Source: an uncultured Pseudomonadota bacterium
GTDB lineage: Bacteria > Pseudomonadota > Alphaproteobacteria > JACZXZ01
NCBI GenBank assembly: GCA_963749075.1
Contig: CAVVLJ010000016.1
Span: 832,001 to 896,000, forward strand
Direction of reading: 5' to 3'
Length of the DNA stretch: 64,000 nucleotides
Shown here: in pieces, positions 1-9,956 of the stretch
Position numbering within the stretch: position 1 is the stretch's first letter
How the letters are laid out: the number at the start of each line of letters is the position of its first letter
The notes under the pieces: generated by a model
The model's input: only the letters and a program-made list of their open reading frames with translations
What the model was told of the DNA's origin: nothing
The model's database searches: none
Position numbers and translations under genes: made by a program

Positions 1-20
1 GACAGGAGAAGGCGAGAAAA

Positions 21-162
21 CCCTCTCCCGCTTGCGGGAGAGGGAGGGACCCGCGGCCGCAAGGCCGTGGGAGGGTGAGGGACGGCGCCGACATCCGGCA
101 TTCCCTCACTCTTCCCATCGCTTCGCGATGGGCCCCTTCCCTCTCCCGCAAGCGGGAGAGGG
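21..162. repeat. REP-like palindromic element, inverted pair of units
   Basis: CCCTCTCCCGC-TT-GCGGGAGAGGG at 21-44 and CCCTCTCCCGC-AA-GCGGGAGAGGG at 139-162, with GGGAGGGTGAGGGA / TCCCTCACTCTTCCC inner arms; related copies at 32881-33030 and 52755-52829. Confidence 0.85.
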
Positions 163-217
163 ACTGATCGCGACTGACGATGCGTGCATCAAGCACGGCG
201 GTAGAACTGGGATCGCC

Positions 218-979
218 ATGGCACTCTTGGAAATCCGCGATCTCCAGCTGAGCTTCGATGCGGTGGTGGCGCTCGACGGGCTGGAGCTCGACGTAGCCGC
301 CGGCACCATCACCGGCCTCATCGGCCCCAACGGCGCCGGCAAGACGACCTTCTTCAACGCCGTCTCCGGCGTGGCGCCGCCGGACGACGGCAGCATCCGC
401 TTCGACGGCACCGACATCACCGGCTGGCGCCCCGACCGCATCGCCAGCACCGGGCTCGTGCGCACGTTCCAGATCGCGCGCGGCCTCCAGCAGCTCACCG
501 TGCTCGAGAACCTCATGCTCTACGGCGACGGCCAGCCGGGCGAGGCGCTGTGGCAGGTCCTCTTGCGCCCGCGCGCGGTCGCCCGCCATGAGGCAGCACT
601 CGCCGCGCGCGCCTGGGCGATGGTGGAGCGCCTCGAGCTCGAGCGCGTCGCCGATCAGCCGGCGCTCGAGCTCTCGGGCGGACAGAAGAAGCTCCTCGAG
701 CTCGGCCGCGCGCTCATGGCGCATCCCAAGCTCGTGCTGCTCGACGAGCCGGCGGCGGGCGTCAATCCCGGCCTCGCCAAGCGCCTCGCCGCGCACATTC
801 TCGCCTGCCGCGACGAGGGCATCAGCTTCCTCGTCATCGAGCACAACATGGGCCTCGTGGCCGAGCTCTGCCATCCGGTGATCGTGATGGCGGCGGGCAG
901 GCGCTTGACCGAGGGCGGTTTCGAGGCGGTGCGCAGCGATGCGCGCGTGCAGGCCGCCTATCTGGGGAGCCGCGCATGA
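218..979 (+). CDS. Branched-chain amino acid-type ABC transporter ATP-binding protein (LivG-like)
   Basis: Walker A GPNGAGKTT, LSGGQ, LLDEPAAG; start moved to ATG 218 because the upstream part of the ORF is translated repeat. Confidence 0.9.
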   Translation: MALLEIRDLQLSFDAVVALDGLELDVAAGTITGLIGPNGAGKTTFFNAVSGVAPPDDGSIRFDGTDITGWRPDRIASTGLVRTFQIARGLQQLTVLENLMLYGDGQPGEALWQVLLRPRAVARHEAALAARAWAMVERLELERVADQPALELSGGQKKLLELGRALMAHPKLVLLDEPAAGVNPGLAKRLAAHILACRDEGISFLVIEHNMGLVAELCHPVIVMAAGRRLTEGGFEAVRSDARVQAAYLGSRA

Positions 980-1683
980 GCCTGCTCTCCGTCGAGGCGG
1001 TGGTGGCGGGCTACGGCCCGCACGACGAGATCCTCAAGGGGGTCAGCGTCGCCGCCGAGGCGGGCGAGCTCCTGGCGCTCATCGGCCCGAACGGCGCCGG
1101 CAAATCGACGCTGCTCAAGACCATCGCCGGCCTGCTGCGCCCGCAGCGCGGCCGCATCGGCTTTCGCGGCGGCGCCATCCAGGGCCTCAAGCCGCGCGAG
1201 ATCAGCCGGCTCGGCATCGCCTATGTGCCGCAGGAGGCCAACGTCTTCCCTTCGCTCAGCATCCGTGAGAACCTGGAGATCGCAGGCTATCTCGAGAAGG
1301 CGGGGCTCGAGCGGCATCTCGCGCGCGTGTTCGAGCGCTTCCCTGCACTCGCCGAGCGGGCGCGGCGGGCGGCGCGCACGCTTTCGGGCGGCGAGCGCCA
1401 GATGCTCGCCATGGGCATGGCCCTCATGGTCGAGCCGGCGCTCCTGCTGCTCGACGAGCCGTCGGCCGGGCTCTCGCCGCGCGCGGCCGACGAGCTCTTC
1501 GCGGCGATCGTGGCTATCCGCGAGGAAGGGGTGGGTATCGTCATGGTGGAGCAGAACGCGGTCGAGGCGCTGCGCATCGCCGACAGGGCCTACCTCCTCG
1601 TCGACGGCCGCAACAGCCGCGAGGGGATCGCGCGCGAGATCGCCGACGATCCCGAGATCAGGCGCATCTTTCTCGGTGCATGA
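976..1683 (+). CDS. ABC transporter ATP-binding protein (LivF-like)
   Basis: GPNGAGKST, LSGGERQM, LLDEPS; ATGA overlap with previous gene. Confidence 0.9.
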   Translation: MSLLSVEAVVAGYGPHDEILKGVSVAAEAGELLALIGPNGAGKSTLLKTIAGLLRPQRGRIGFRGGAIQGLKPREISRLGIAYVPQEANVFPSLSIRENLEIAGYLEKAGLERHLARVFERFPALAERARRAARTLSGGERQMLAMGMALMVEPALLLLDEPSAGLSPRAADELFAAIVAIREEGVGIVMVEQNAVEALRIADRAYLLVDGRNSREGIAREIADDPEIRRIFLGA

Positions 1684-1734
1684 CGCACACGGCGGCGGCC
1701 CGGTGCCGCCGCCCAACAAGGACGGGGGACGGAC

Positions 1735-2943
1735 ATGAAGATGATTTCGACCACGCGACGCAACTTGATGCGCGGGGCCGCGGCCTTGGGTGCCGCGAGC
1801 CTCATGGCGAGCGGCCGGCTTCGCGCCGCGGACGCCGGGCCGATCAAGCTCGGCTCGCTCGTGCCCATCACCGGCAGCGGCGGTCCCTTCGGGCCGGAGA
1901 TCCGCAAGGGCCAGCAGCTCGTCGTCGACCAGGTGAACGCCGCGGGCGGGCTCCTGGGCCGCAAGCTCGAGCTCGTCGGCGAGGACGACCAGACCAACCC
2001 CGAGGCCGCGGTGCGCGCCGCGCAGAAGCTCATCGACGTGGACAAGGTGGTCTGCATCCTCGGCACCTGGGCCTCCGCCGACGTGACGGCCATCGCCCCG
2101 CTCTGCTGGGAGAACAAGGTGATGGTGATCTGCATCGGTGCCGCCGACAGCATCACCCAGCTGCCCCACCAGGGCTATATCGCGCGCACCCAGCCGAGCA
2201 CGCGCATGCAGGCCGAGCAGTTCGCCAAATTCGCCGTGGCCGATGGCGCCAAGAGCTTCTACCTCATGATGCCGCAGTCGCCGTTCGCCGAATCGACGAT
2301 CAAGCAGATCACCGACTACTGCAGCCAGCACGGCATCAAGGTCGGCTCCGCGATCTATGACGGCAAGAAGACCTCGTTCCGCTCCGAGGTCGACGCCATG
2401 ATGCAGGCCAAGCCCGACATGTTCATGCTGGGCGGCTATCTCGCCGACGATACGGTGCTGGCCAAGGACGTCTTCCGCGCCAACTACCGCGGCAAGATCG
2501 TCGGCTACGCCTACGGCGTGGCGCCGCAGTTCGTGGAGGCGGTCGGCAAGGAGGTGGCCGAGGGCATCTACTCGATCGAGCCCGTGCCCGACGCCAAATC
2601 GACGGCCTACGCCAAGCTGCAGAAGCTCGCCGGCACGGAGGCGCTCGACATCTACATGTGCCAGGGCTACGACGAGGTGAACCTCGCCATCCTCGCCATG
2701 GCAGAGGCCAAGGCGGCGAGCGGCGCCGCCATCCGCGACAATCTGCGCGCCATAGGCGATGCTACCGGTATCACCGTGGACAACGCGATCGACGGGCTCA
2801 AGCTCATCGCCGAAGGGAAGCGCATCAACTACCTCGGCGCCTCGGGGCCGTGCAAGTTCGCCCCCAACGGCGACGTGCTCGAGTCCCACTTCCGCATCAA
2901 CGTGGTGCGCAACGGCAAGATCGAGCTCTTCAAGGTGACCTGA
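1735..2943 (+). CDS. ABC substrate-binding protein, Leu/Ile/Val-binding family, Tat-type signal
   Basis: TRRNLM twin-arginine leader; VNAAGGLLGRKLELVGEDDQTNPE family motif. Confidence 0.88.
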   Translation: MKMISTTRRNLMRGAAALGAASLMASGRLRAADAGPIKLGSLVPITGSGGPFGPEIRKGQQLVVDQVNAAGGLLGRKLELVGEDDQTNPEAAVRAAQKLIDVDKVVCILGTWASADVTAIAPLCWENKVMVICIGAADSITQLPHQGYIARTQPSTRMQAEQFAKFAVADGAKSFYLMMPQSPFAESTIKQITDYCSQHGIKVGSAIYDGKKTSFRSEVDAMMQAKPDMFMLGGYLADDTVLAKDVFRANYRGKIVGYAYGVAPQFVEAVGKEVAEGIYSIEPVPDAKSTAYAKLQKLAGTEALDIYMCQGYDEVNLAILAMAEAKAASGAAIRDNLRAIGDATGITVDNAIDGLKLIAEGKRINYLGASGPCKFAPNGDVLESHFRINVVRNGKIELFKVT

Positions 2944-2947
2944 GGCC

Positions 2948-3814
2948 TTGAGCGAGGCCCTGCAGCTCGTCGTCAACGGTCTCATGGCCGGCAGCGTGCT
3001 CGCACTGCCGGCCATCGGGCTCACCACCATCTACGCCGTGCTGCGCCACCTGAATTTCTCGCTCGGCGCCCACATGACGATCGGCGCCTACGCCGGCTTC
3101 GTCGCCAACGCGGTCTGGGGCCTGCCGCTCTATCTCGCTCTGCCCTGCGCCTTTTTCGCGGCAGGAGTCTCGGGCGTTGCCAGCGACGAGCTGGGTTTGC
3201 GGCCGCTCCGCCGCTACGGCGCGCTCTCGGTCGCCATCGCCTCGATCGCCCTCGGCCTCGTGCTGGAGAACCTGCTGCGCTTCTTCTTCGGCAACGGCTT
3301 GCGCGACTACGACATCCCGGTGGTGCGCGACTGGAGCCTGGGCGCTCTCCGCATCGGGCCGCAGGAGCTCGCGGATTTCGCGGTCGCGGCGGCCATCGTG
3401 GCGCTTCTCTTCGTCTTCCTCGCGGCGTCGTCGCTGGGAAAACGCATGCGCGCCGTCGCCGACAACCCGACGCTCGCCGACATCAAGGGCATCGACCCGG
3501 AGCGCATGGCCCGGCTCGCCAACTTCCTCGGCATGGGGCTCGCGGGCGCCGGCGGCATGCTCATCGGGCTCGACACCTCGGTCGGCCCCGAGCTCGGCTT
3601 CAATGCGCTCCTCTCGGTCTTCGCCGCCGCGGTGGTGGGCGGGCTCGGCAGCGTGCCGGGAGCGGTCACAGGCGCCCTTGCCATCGGCCTTGCGGAGGAG
3701 CTCTCGCTCTTGGTCCTTCCGGCCACCTACCGCTCGGCCGTCGGCTTCGCCGCCATCCTCGTCGTCCTCGTCTTCCGGCCGCGCGGCCTCCTCGGCGCGC
3801 GGGTTGCGGCCTAG
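2948..3814 (+). CDS. ABC permease (LivH-like)
   Basis: Hydrophobic; LGKRMRAVADNP motif; operon context; TTG start. Confidence 0.88.
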   Translation: MSEALQLVVNGLMAGSVLALPAIGLTTIYAVLRHLNFSLGAHMTIGAYAGFVANAVWGLPLYLALPCAFFAAGVSGVASDELGLRPLRRYGALSVAIASIALGLVLENLLRFFFGNGLRDYDIPVVRDWSLGALRIGPQELADFAVAAAIVALLFVFLAASSLGKRMRAVADNPTLADIKGIDPERMARLANFLGMGLAGAGGMLIGLDTSVGPELGFNALLSVFAAAVVGGLGSVPGAVTGALAIGLAEELSLLVLPATYRSAVGFAAILVVLVFRPRGLLGARVAA

Positions 3815-3824
3815 GGGGCGGGCG

Positions 3825-4748
3825 ATGCCGAGCTATCTCGTCGCCATGGCCACTTTCGGCACCATCTACGCGATTCTGACGCTCGGCCTCAACGTCATGT
3901 GGGGCATGGCGGGCATGGTCAATCTCGGCGTCGTGGGCTTCTACGCGGTCGGCGCCTATGCCTCGGCGCTGGTCACCGTGAACCTCGGCCTGCCGGTGGC
4001 ACTCGGCCTCCTTGCCGCCATGGCGGTGAGCGCTGCGGCCGGCGCCGTCACCTGCCTCGGTCTCACGCGCCTGCGCGACGATTATTTCGCCGTCGTCACC
4101 CTTGGCTTCGCCGAGGTGATCCGCCTCGTCGCCAACAACGAGACCTGGTTGACGCGCGGCTCGGACGGCATCTCGGGCATCCCCCAGCCCCTCAAGCCGC
4201 TGCTCGGCGCCGACTTCAACCTGGCCTATCTCGGCTTCTGCCTCGTCGTCCTCTTGGTCGTGCTGGCGCTCCTCGAGCGCCTGCGCCGCTCGCCCTTCGG
4301 CCGCGTGCTGCGCGCGATCCGCGAGGACCCGACCATCGCCGCGGTCGCCGGCAAGAACGTGCTCGCCTTCAAGATCAAGGCCTTCGCCATCGGCGGCATC
4401 CTTGCCGGCCTGGCGGGCGCCCTCTACGGCCACTACACGAGCTATATCGTGCCGGAGATCTTCGAGCCCATCCTCACCATCTATATCTTCCTGGCCCTCA
4501 CCGCCGGCGGGCGCGGCAACAACTGGGGTGCCGCACTCGGCGCCTTCCTCGTGGTCTTCGTCCTCGAATCGACGCGCTTCCTCGGCGGCCTGCTGCCGGC
4601 GCTCGGCGCCGTGCAGGTGGCGGCGGTGCGCGAGATGCTGATCGGGCTCCTCCTGCTCGTCGTCATGCGCGTGCGGCCCGAGGGACTGCTGCCCGAGCCG
4701 CGCACGCGCCTGGCACCTCGGCAGCCGCCTATTCGGGAAGCGGGATGA
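3825..4748 (+). CDS. ABC permease (LivM-like)
   Basis: [15 protein letters not shown] and [13 protein letters not shown] motifs; ATG 3825 follows a G-rich RBS. Confidence 0.88.
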   Translation: MPSYLVAMATFGTIYAILTLGLNVMWGMAGMVNLGVVGFYAVGAYASALVTVNLGLPVALGLLAAMAVSAAAGAVTCLGLTRLRDDYFAVVTLGFAEVIRLVANNETWLTRGSDGISGIPQPLKPLLGADFNLAYLGFCLVVLLVVLALLERLRRSPFGRVLRAIREDPTIAAVAGKNVLAFKIKAFAIGGILAGLAGALYGHYTSYIVPEIFEPILTIYIFLALTAGGRGNNWGAALGAFLVVFVLESTRFLGGLLPALGAVQVAAVREMLIGLLLLVVMRVRPEGLLPEPRTRLAPRQPPIREAG

Positions 4749-5640
4749 ACTCGGCGTCGCCGGCGACGGGGGCGAAGCGGCCGGCCTTCCAGTTGGCCTT
4801 GGCCTCTTCGATGCGCTCCTTCGAGCTCGAGACGAAGTTCCACCAGATGTGGCGCGGTCCCTCGAGCGGCGCCCCGCCGAGGAGGAGCAAGCGCACCGGC
4901 GACGACGCGGTGACCGTGACGTCGGCACCTGGCTTGAGCACGAGAAGCCGCTCGGGGCCGAAGGACTGCCCCGCGATCTCGCTCTCCCCGGAGACGAGAT
5001 AAATGGCGCGCTCCTCATGCTCGACCGGCACCGGCAGGCGAGCGCCGCGCTCAAGCGTCACGTCCGCGTAGAAGAGCTCGGAGAGCGTCGCGACGGGCGA
5101 GCGGGCGCCGTAGAGGGCGCCGGCGATGAGGCGGACCTCCTTGCCCTCGCCCGCGATGACCGGCAGCGCCTCGCTGCCGTGATGGGCGAAGGCGGGCGCC
5201 GTCTCCTCGTGCATCTTGGGCAGCGCCACCCAGGACTGGATGCCGTAGAGCCGCGACGGCGACTTGCGCGCCTCGGCGTCCGTGCGCTCCGAATGCGCGA
5301 TGCCGTGGCCGGCCGTCATCCAATTGACCTCGCCGGGCCGGATGGTCATTACCGTGCCGAGGCTGTCGCGGTGCACGATCTCGCCCTCGAAAAGATAGGT
5401 GACCGTGGCGAGGCCGATGTGGGGGTGGGGGCGCACGTCGAGCCCGCTGCCGGCGGCAAGCCTGGCCGGCCCCATCTGGTCGAGAAAGACGAAGGGGCCG
5501 ACCATGCGGCGCTGGATCGACGGCAGCACGCGCCTCACCTCGAAGCCGCCGATGTCGTGGCTCTTCGGGACGATGACGGTCTCGACGGCTGCTGGGGCCG
5601 CCTCGCGCGAGGTGGGATCGTCCGCCGGCTGCCAGCTCAT
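4729..5640 (-). CDS. Pirin family protein
   Basis: [36 protein letters not shown]. Confidence 0.92.
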   Translation of the reverse strand: MSWQPADDPTSREAAPAAVETVIVPKSHDIGGFEVRRVLPSIQRRMVGPFVFLDQMGPARLAAGSGLDVRPHPHIGLATVTYLFEGEIVHRDSLGTVMTIRPGEVNWMTAGHGIAHSERTDAEARKSPSRLYGIQSWVALPKMHEETAPAFAHHGSEALPVIAGEGKEVRLIAGALYGARSPVATLSELFYADVTLERGARLPVPVEHEERAIYLVSGESEIAGQSFGPERLLVLKPGADVTVTASSPVRLLLLGGAPLEGPRHIWWNFVSSSKERIEEAKANWKAGRFAPVAGDAEFIPLPE

Positions 5641-5667
5641 GGGCTCCTCCCGGCGAACTTAAAGCCC

Positions 5668-6549
5668 CTACGCCTGCGCCGCGGTGGGCGATGAGCCGGC
5701 GACCGTGGTGCGGCGCATGTCGCGCACCTTGGTCTCGTCGAAGCGGCGCGCCCGGTGCATGGTCTGGCGATTGTCCCACATGACGAGGTCGAAGGGCCGC
5801 CACTTGTGGGTGTAGACGAAGCGCGGCTGGGTCGCGTGCTCGGTGAGGTCGCGCAAGAAAGCGCGCGCCTCGGGTACCGGCCAGCCGATGATGGTGCCGG
5901 CGTGCGAGGCGAGGAAGAGCGACTTGCGGCCGGTAACCGGGTGCGTGCGCACCAGGCGCTGGCGCACCGGCTTGAACATCGCCTGCTCCTCGGGCGTGAA
6001 CTCGGCAAAGCCCAGCGAGCTCCGCGAATACATGAGCGAATGCTCGCACACGAGCTCCTCGATCTCCGCCTTGGCCGCCTCGTCGAGCGCCTCATAGGCG
6101 GCGCGCATGTCGGCGAACTCGGTGTCGCCGCCGCTCGCCGGGATCGCGCGCCCCGAGAGGAGCGAGTATTTCGCCGGGATCGCCCGGAAGGAGCTGTCGG
6201 AGTGCCACAGGCGGTTGCCGAGATTGAACATGCGGCGCCGGTCGTCGCGCGCGAGCGGCCGGTTGTGCTGGTCGAGATTGGAGATGTCGATCATCTCGGC
6301 GCCGAGCCGCTTCTCCTCCCGCTCGGTGGTGATGTGGCCGCCGTACGAGTTCTCGATCTCGCCGAAATTCCGCGTGAAGGCGAGCTGCTGCTCGTCCGTG
6401 ATGCGCTGCTCGCGGAAGACCAGCACGGCATAGCGGTCCATGCCGGCCTCGAGTGCTGCCGCCTCGCCGCGCGCGAGCGGCTTCGTGAGATCGCAGCCGG
6501 CAACCTCGCCCACGAAGAGGGGATGGAGCTGGCGGATTGCGACGCTCAT
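5668..6549 (-). CDS. TauD/TfdA family Fe(II)/2-oxoglutarate dioxygenase
   Basis: WHSDSSF (HxD) and WDNRQTMHR; TfdA-like. Confidence 0.9.
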   Translation of the reverse strand: MSVAIRQLHPLFVGEVAGCDLTKPLARGEAAALEAGMDRYAVLVFREQRITDEQQLAFTRNFGEIENSYGGHITTEREEKRLGAEMIDISNLDQHNRPLARDDRRRMFNLGNRLWHSDSSFRAIPAKYSLLSGRAIPASGGDTEFADMRAAYEALDEAAKAEIEELVCEHSLMYSRSSLGFAEFTPEEQAMFKPVRQRLVRTHPVTGRKSLFLASHAGTIIGWPVPEARAFLRDLTEHATQPRFVYTHKWRPFDLVMWDNRQTMHRARRFDETKVRDMRRTTVAGSSPTAAQA

Positions 6550-6673
6550 CGGCGCGGCCTCCTCGAGCCGTCTTTGCCGGGCGGATGATAGCAATTGGAG
6601 GGAGCCATGTCATCGTGCTCAAATGCGTGTGTGCCGCTAGACTGGCGGCAATGACGCGAGCGGGGGGACGGTC

Positions 6674-9115
6674 GTGAGGACGCATGCGCGGGTGGCGGTG
6701 ATCGGCGGCGGCGCCGTCGGCTGCTCCATCCTCTATCACCTGACTGCGGCGGGCTGGAGCGACGTGGTGCTCATCGAGCGGGACGAGCTCACCGCCGGCT
6801 CGACCTGGCACGCGGCCGGACTCCTGCCGCTCTTCAACATGTCCTATGCCACCGGCCAGATGCACAAATACTCGCTCGAGCTCTATCAGCGCCTGGCGGC
6901 CGAATGGCAGCGCGACGTGGGCTTCCGGCGCGTCGGCAACTTGCGCATGGCGCGCACGCGCGAGCGCATGGAGGAGTTCCAGACCTACGCCACGACCGCG
7001 GATTCGATCGGCGTGCCTTACGAATGGTGGTCGCCTGCGGAGATCAAGGAGCGCTTCCCCCTCGTCAACATAGACGGGCTCGTGGGCGCCCTCTACCACC
7101 CGACCGACGGCTACATCAACTCGGCCAACATCGCCATGCTGCTCGCCGATGCCGCGCGGAAGGGCGGCGCCGAGATCAACCGCCAGACGGAGGTGCAGGC
7201 GATCGACCGCACGGCTAAGGGCGAGTGGCGACTTAAGACGAACAAGGGCGACGTGCTCTGCGAGATCGTGGTGGCCGCGACCGGCAATCACGCCCAGCAT
7301 ACGGCCGGCATGGTCGGGCTCCACATCCCGGCGATCCCGGTCGAGCACCAGTATATCGTGACGGGCGAGATCCCCGAGATCGTCGAATGGCGCAAGGCCG
7401 GGCATCCCGAGCACCCCATCCTCCGCGATGCGGACGCCCGCTGGTACATGCGCGAGGAGCGCGGCGGCCTCATCCTCGGCCCTTACGAGAAGGGAGCACC
7501 GGCCTGGGCCGTCCACGGCGTGCCCGAGGGCTTCAAGGCCGAGCTCCTGCCGCCCGACCTCGACCGCCTCGAATGGCACATCGAGGAGGCCTTCTTCCGC
7601 ATGCCCTGCTTCGCCAAGGGCGGCGTCAAGACGGTCTACAACGGCCCCATCTGCTACACGCCCGACGGCAATCCCCTCATCGGTCCGGCGCCCGGGCTCG
7701 CCAATTTCTATTTCGCCGAGGGCTTCTCCTTCGGCATCACCGCGGCGGGAGGCGCCGGGAAATACCTCGTCCAGATCATCGCCGAGGGCGAGGCCGAGAT
7801 CGACATGCTCGCCGTGGACGCGCGCCGCTTCGGCGCCTACGCGACGCGCCCTTACGCGGTCAAGAAGAACGAGGAGGCCTACGACCACGTCTTCGTGCTG
7901 CATTACCCGGACGAGGAGCGCCCCGCCGGCCGGCCCTTGCGCACCACGCCCGCCTACGACCGGCTCAAGGTGCGGGGTGCTGTCTTCGGCCAGCGTTTCG
8001 GCTGGGAGCGCGCCAACTTCTTCGCACCCGTGGCGAGCTTCGCGGAGCAATGGTCGTTCCGCCGCGGCAACTGGTGGCCCTACGTCAAAGCGGAAGCGGA
8101 GGCGATCCGCGGCAATGTCGGGCTCATCGAGGCCTCGACCTTCGCGAAATACCTCGCGCGCGGGCCGGGTGCCGAGGCCTGGCTCGACCGCCTCGTCGCC
8201 AACCGCCTGCCGCAGAAGGCGGGACGCATCCAGCTCACCCACGCCTGCACGAAGCAAGGCGGCGTGCGCTCGGAGCTCACCATCATGCGCGACGGGCCGG
8301 AGGCCTTCTACCTGGTCGGCGCCGGTGCCGCCGAGGCCTATGACTGGGACTATCTCACGCGCACCATGCCCAAGGACGGCTCGGTCGCCCTCGAGCGCAT
8401 CACCACGCAGGTGGGCGTCTTCGTGCTGGCGGGGCCGCGGAGCCGCGAGGTGCTGGCGAAGCTCACGGACGGGCTCGAGCTCGACAATGCCGGCTTCCCC
8501 TGGCTCAGCGGACGGCAAGCCACGGTCGGCATGGCGCCGGTGCGGCTCATGCGCGTCAACTACGTGGGCGAGCTCGGCTGGGAGATCCACCACGGCATCG
8601 AATACCAGAACCATCTCTTCGATTGCCTCGAGGAGGCGGGACGCGAGTTCGGCATGAGCCTCGTCGGCATGCGCGCGATGAACTGGCTGAGGCTCGAGAA
8701 GAGCTACCGCGCCTGGGGCGCCGAGCTCTCCAAGGAAGTGACGGCGCTCGAGAGCGGCCTCGAGCGTTTCGTGCGTCTCGACAAGAACAGCGACTTCGTG
8801 GGGCGCGCGGCGCTCGAGCGGCAGAAGGCGTCGGGCGCTTTGCGCTGGCGCCTCGTGACGATTCTCATCGACGGTCCCGCGGATGCGGACCCCTGGGGCG
8901 TCGAATCGATCTGGTCCCAAGGCAAGGTGGTGGGCCGCGCCACGGGCGGCGGCTACTCGGTGCATTTCAAGAAGCAGATCGCCCTCGCCTTCGTGCGGCC
9001 CGAGTACGCCGGCTTGGGCCAGGCGCTCGAGATCAAGATGCTCGAGGAGCGCTATCCGGCCCACGCGGTCGAGGACAGCCCCTACGATCCGGCGAACGCA
9101 CGGGCGCGCGCTTGA
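6674..9115 (+). CDS. GcvT-family FAD-dependent oxidoreductase (dimethylglycine/sarcosine dehydrogenase-like)
   Basis: GGGAVG FAD motif, GSTWHAAG, YTPDGNPLIG, GELGWEIH, LRLEKSY. Confidence 0.9.
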   Translation: MRTHARVAVIGGGAVGCSILYHLTAAGWSDVVLIERDELTAGSTWHAAGLLPLFNMSYATGQMHKYSLELYQRLAAEWQRDVGFRRVGNLRMARTRERMEEFQTYATTADSIGVPYEWWSPAEIKERFPLVNIDGLVGALYHPTDGYINSANIAMLLADAARKGGAEINRQTEVQAIDRTAKGEWRLKTNKGDVLCEIVVAATGNHAQHTAGMVGLHIPAIPVEHQYIVTGEIPEIVEWRKAGHPEHPILRDADARWYMREERGGLILGPYEKGAPAWAVHGVPEGFKAELLPPDLDRLEWHIEEAFFRMPCFAKGGVKTVYNGPICYTPDGNPLIGPAPGLANFYFAEGFSFGITAAGGAGKYLVQIIAEGEAEIDMLAVDARRFGAYATRPYAVKKNEEAYDHVFVLHYPDEERPAGRPLRTTPAYDRLKVRGAVFGQRFGWERANFFAPVASFAEQWSFRRGNWWPYVKAEAEAIRGNVGLIEASTFAKYLARGPGAEAWLDRLVANRLPQKAGRIQLTHACTKQGGVRSELTIMRDGPEAFYLVGAGAAEAYDWDYLTRTMPKDGSVALERITTQVGVFVLAGPRSREVLAKLTDGLELDNAGFPWLSGRQATVGMAPVRLMRVNYVGELGWEIHHGIEYQNHLFDCLEEAGREFGMSLVGMRAMNWLRLEKSYRAWGAELSKEVTALESGLERFVRLDKNSDFVGRAALERQKASGALRWRLVTILIDGPADADPWGVESIWSQGKVVGRATGGGYSVHFKKQIALAFVRPEYAGLGQALEIKMLEERYPAHAVEDSPYDPANARARA

Positions 9116-9212
9116 GCGGGCCTGGAGTCCGGCGCCGCTCGCCGCGCCGAGGCGCTCGTTGACGGCGGGCGTAAGGGCCGGCTATATAACCGGTTCCCGT
9201 CGGGAGGACGTC

Positions 9213-9515
9213 ATGACGAAAGCTTCGCAGCGGCGTACGGTCGCCAATCATCGGCCGCGCCTCATGGAGCACGACCTCCGCCGCTACGAGGTCCGCGGCC
9301 TGGAAACGGACAAGACCCTCGTCCGCGGTCTAGCGAAGCGTCTTGCGGCAGGCGATGAGGCGGCCGCCCGACTTCGCCGGGAACTCGCCGAGAAAGTCCC
9401 CCTTGCGCCACGACACCGCGGCGGGATTCTTGCAGCGCTGCGGCGCTCGCCACTCGTCGGCGCCGGACTACGCATCCGGCGCGAGACAAGCCGGGGACGT
9501 GACTCCGGCCTGTGA
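9213..9515 (+). CDS. Putative antitoxin, family unassigned (100 aa)
   Basis: GGGAGG RBS; GTGA overlap with the downstream PIN toxin; basic protein. Confidence 0.7.
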   Translation: MTKASQRRTVANHRPRLMEHDLRRYEVRGLETDKTLVRGLAKRLAAGDEAAARLRRELAEKVPLAPRHRGGILAALRRSPLVGAGLRIRRETSRGRDSGL

Positions 9516-9946
9516 CGCGCTACCTTCTCGATACCAACATCATCAGCGCCGCCACCAGGGTGGCTCCGCCGGCAGCTCTGATCGCATGGCTTGATCGCCA
9601 GGCGGATGCGGATCTCTTCATTGCGGCTCTTACGGTCGCCGAGATCAAGCGCGGCATCCTTGAGCTCGAGCCGGGGCGCAGACGACGCGCGCTTGAAGCG
9701 TGGTTTGCCGGTCCGGAGGGTCCCCAGGCGCTCTTTCGCGGCCGCGTGCTGTCCTTCGATGAACGCGCGGCGGCGGAGTGGGCAAGGCTCATGGCCGCTG
9801 GAAAGGCGGTGGGGCGCCCGCGCAGCGCGCTCGACATGATCATCGCCTCGACCGCCGTGATCCACGACTGCATCGTCGCCACCTTGAACGAGCGTCACTT
9901 CGAGGGCGCCGTGGAATTCATCAATCCGTCGCGGAGTGCCACGTGA
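9512..9946 (+). CDS. vapC: VapC-type PIN domain toxin
   Basis: YLLDTNIIS, TVAEI, DMIIASTA, TLNERHF. Confidence 0.88.
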   Translation: MTRYLLDTNIISAATRVAPPAALIAWLDRQADADLFIAALTVAEIKRGILELEPGRRRRALEAWFAGPEGPQALFRGRVLSFDERAAAEWARLMAAGKAVGRPRSALDMIIASTAVIHDCIVATLNERHFEGAVEFINPSRSAT

Positions 9947-9956
9947 TGGCCGGGTC

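Noticed and set aside
32-217. N-terminal extension of the LivG-like ORF (PFPLPQAGEG)
   Set aside because: Translation of the REP-like repeat; the same peptide appears in spurious ORFs near 52760
6092-9064. 990-aa minus-strand ORF, and similar long ORFs at 958-3030, 14334-16493, 24569-27298, 29516-31825, 40610-42952 and 45019-47214
   Set aside because: Antisense shadows of real genes caused by high-GC codon bias; no recognisable motifs
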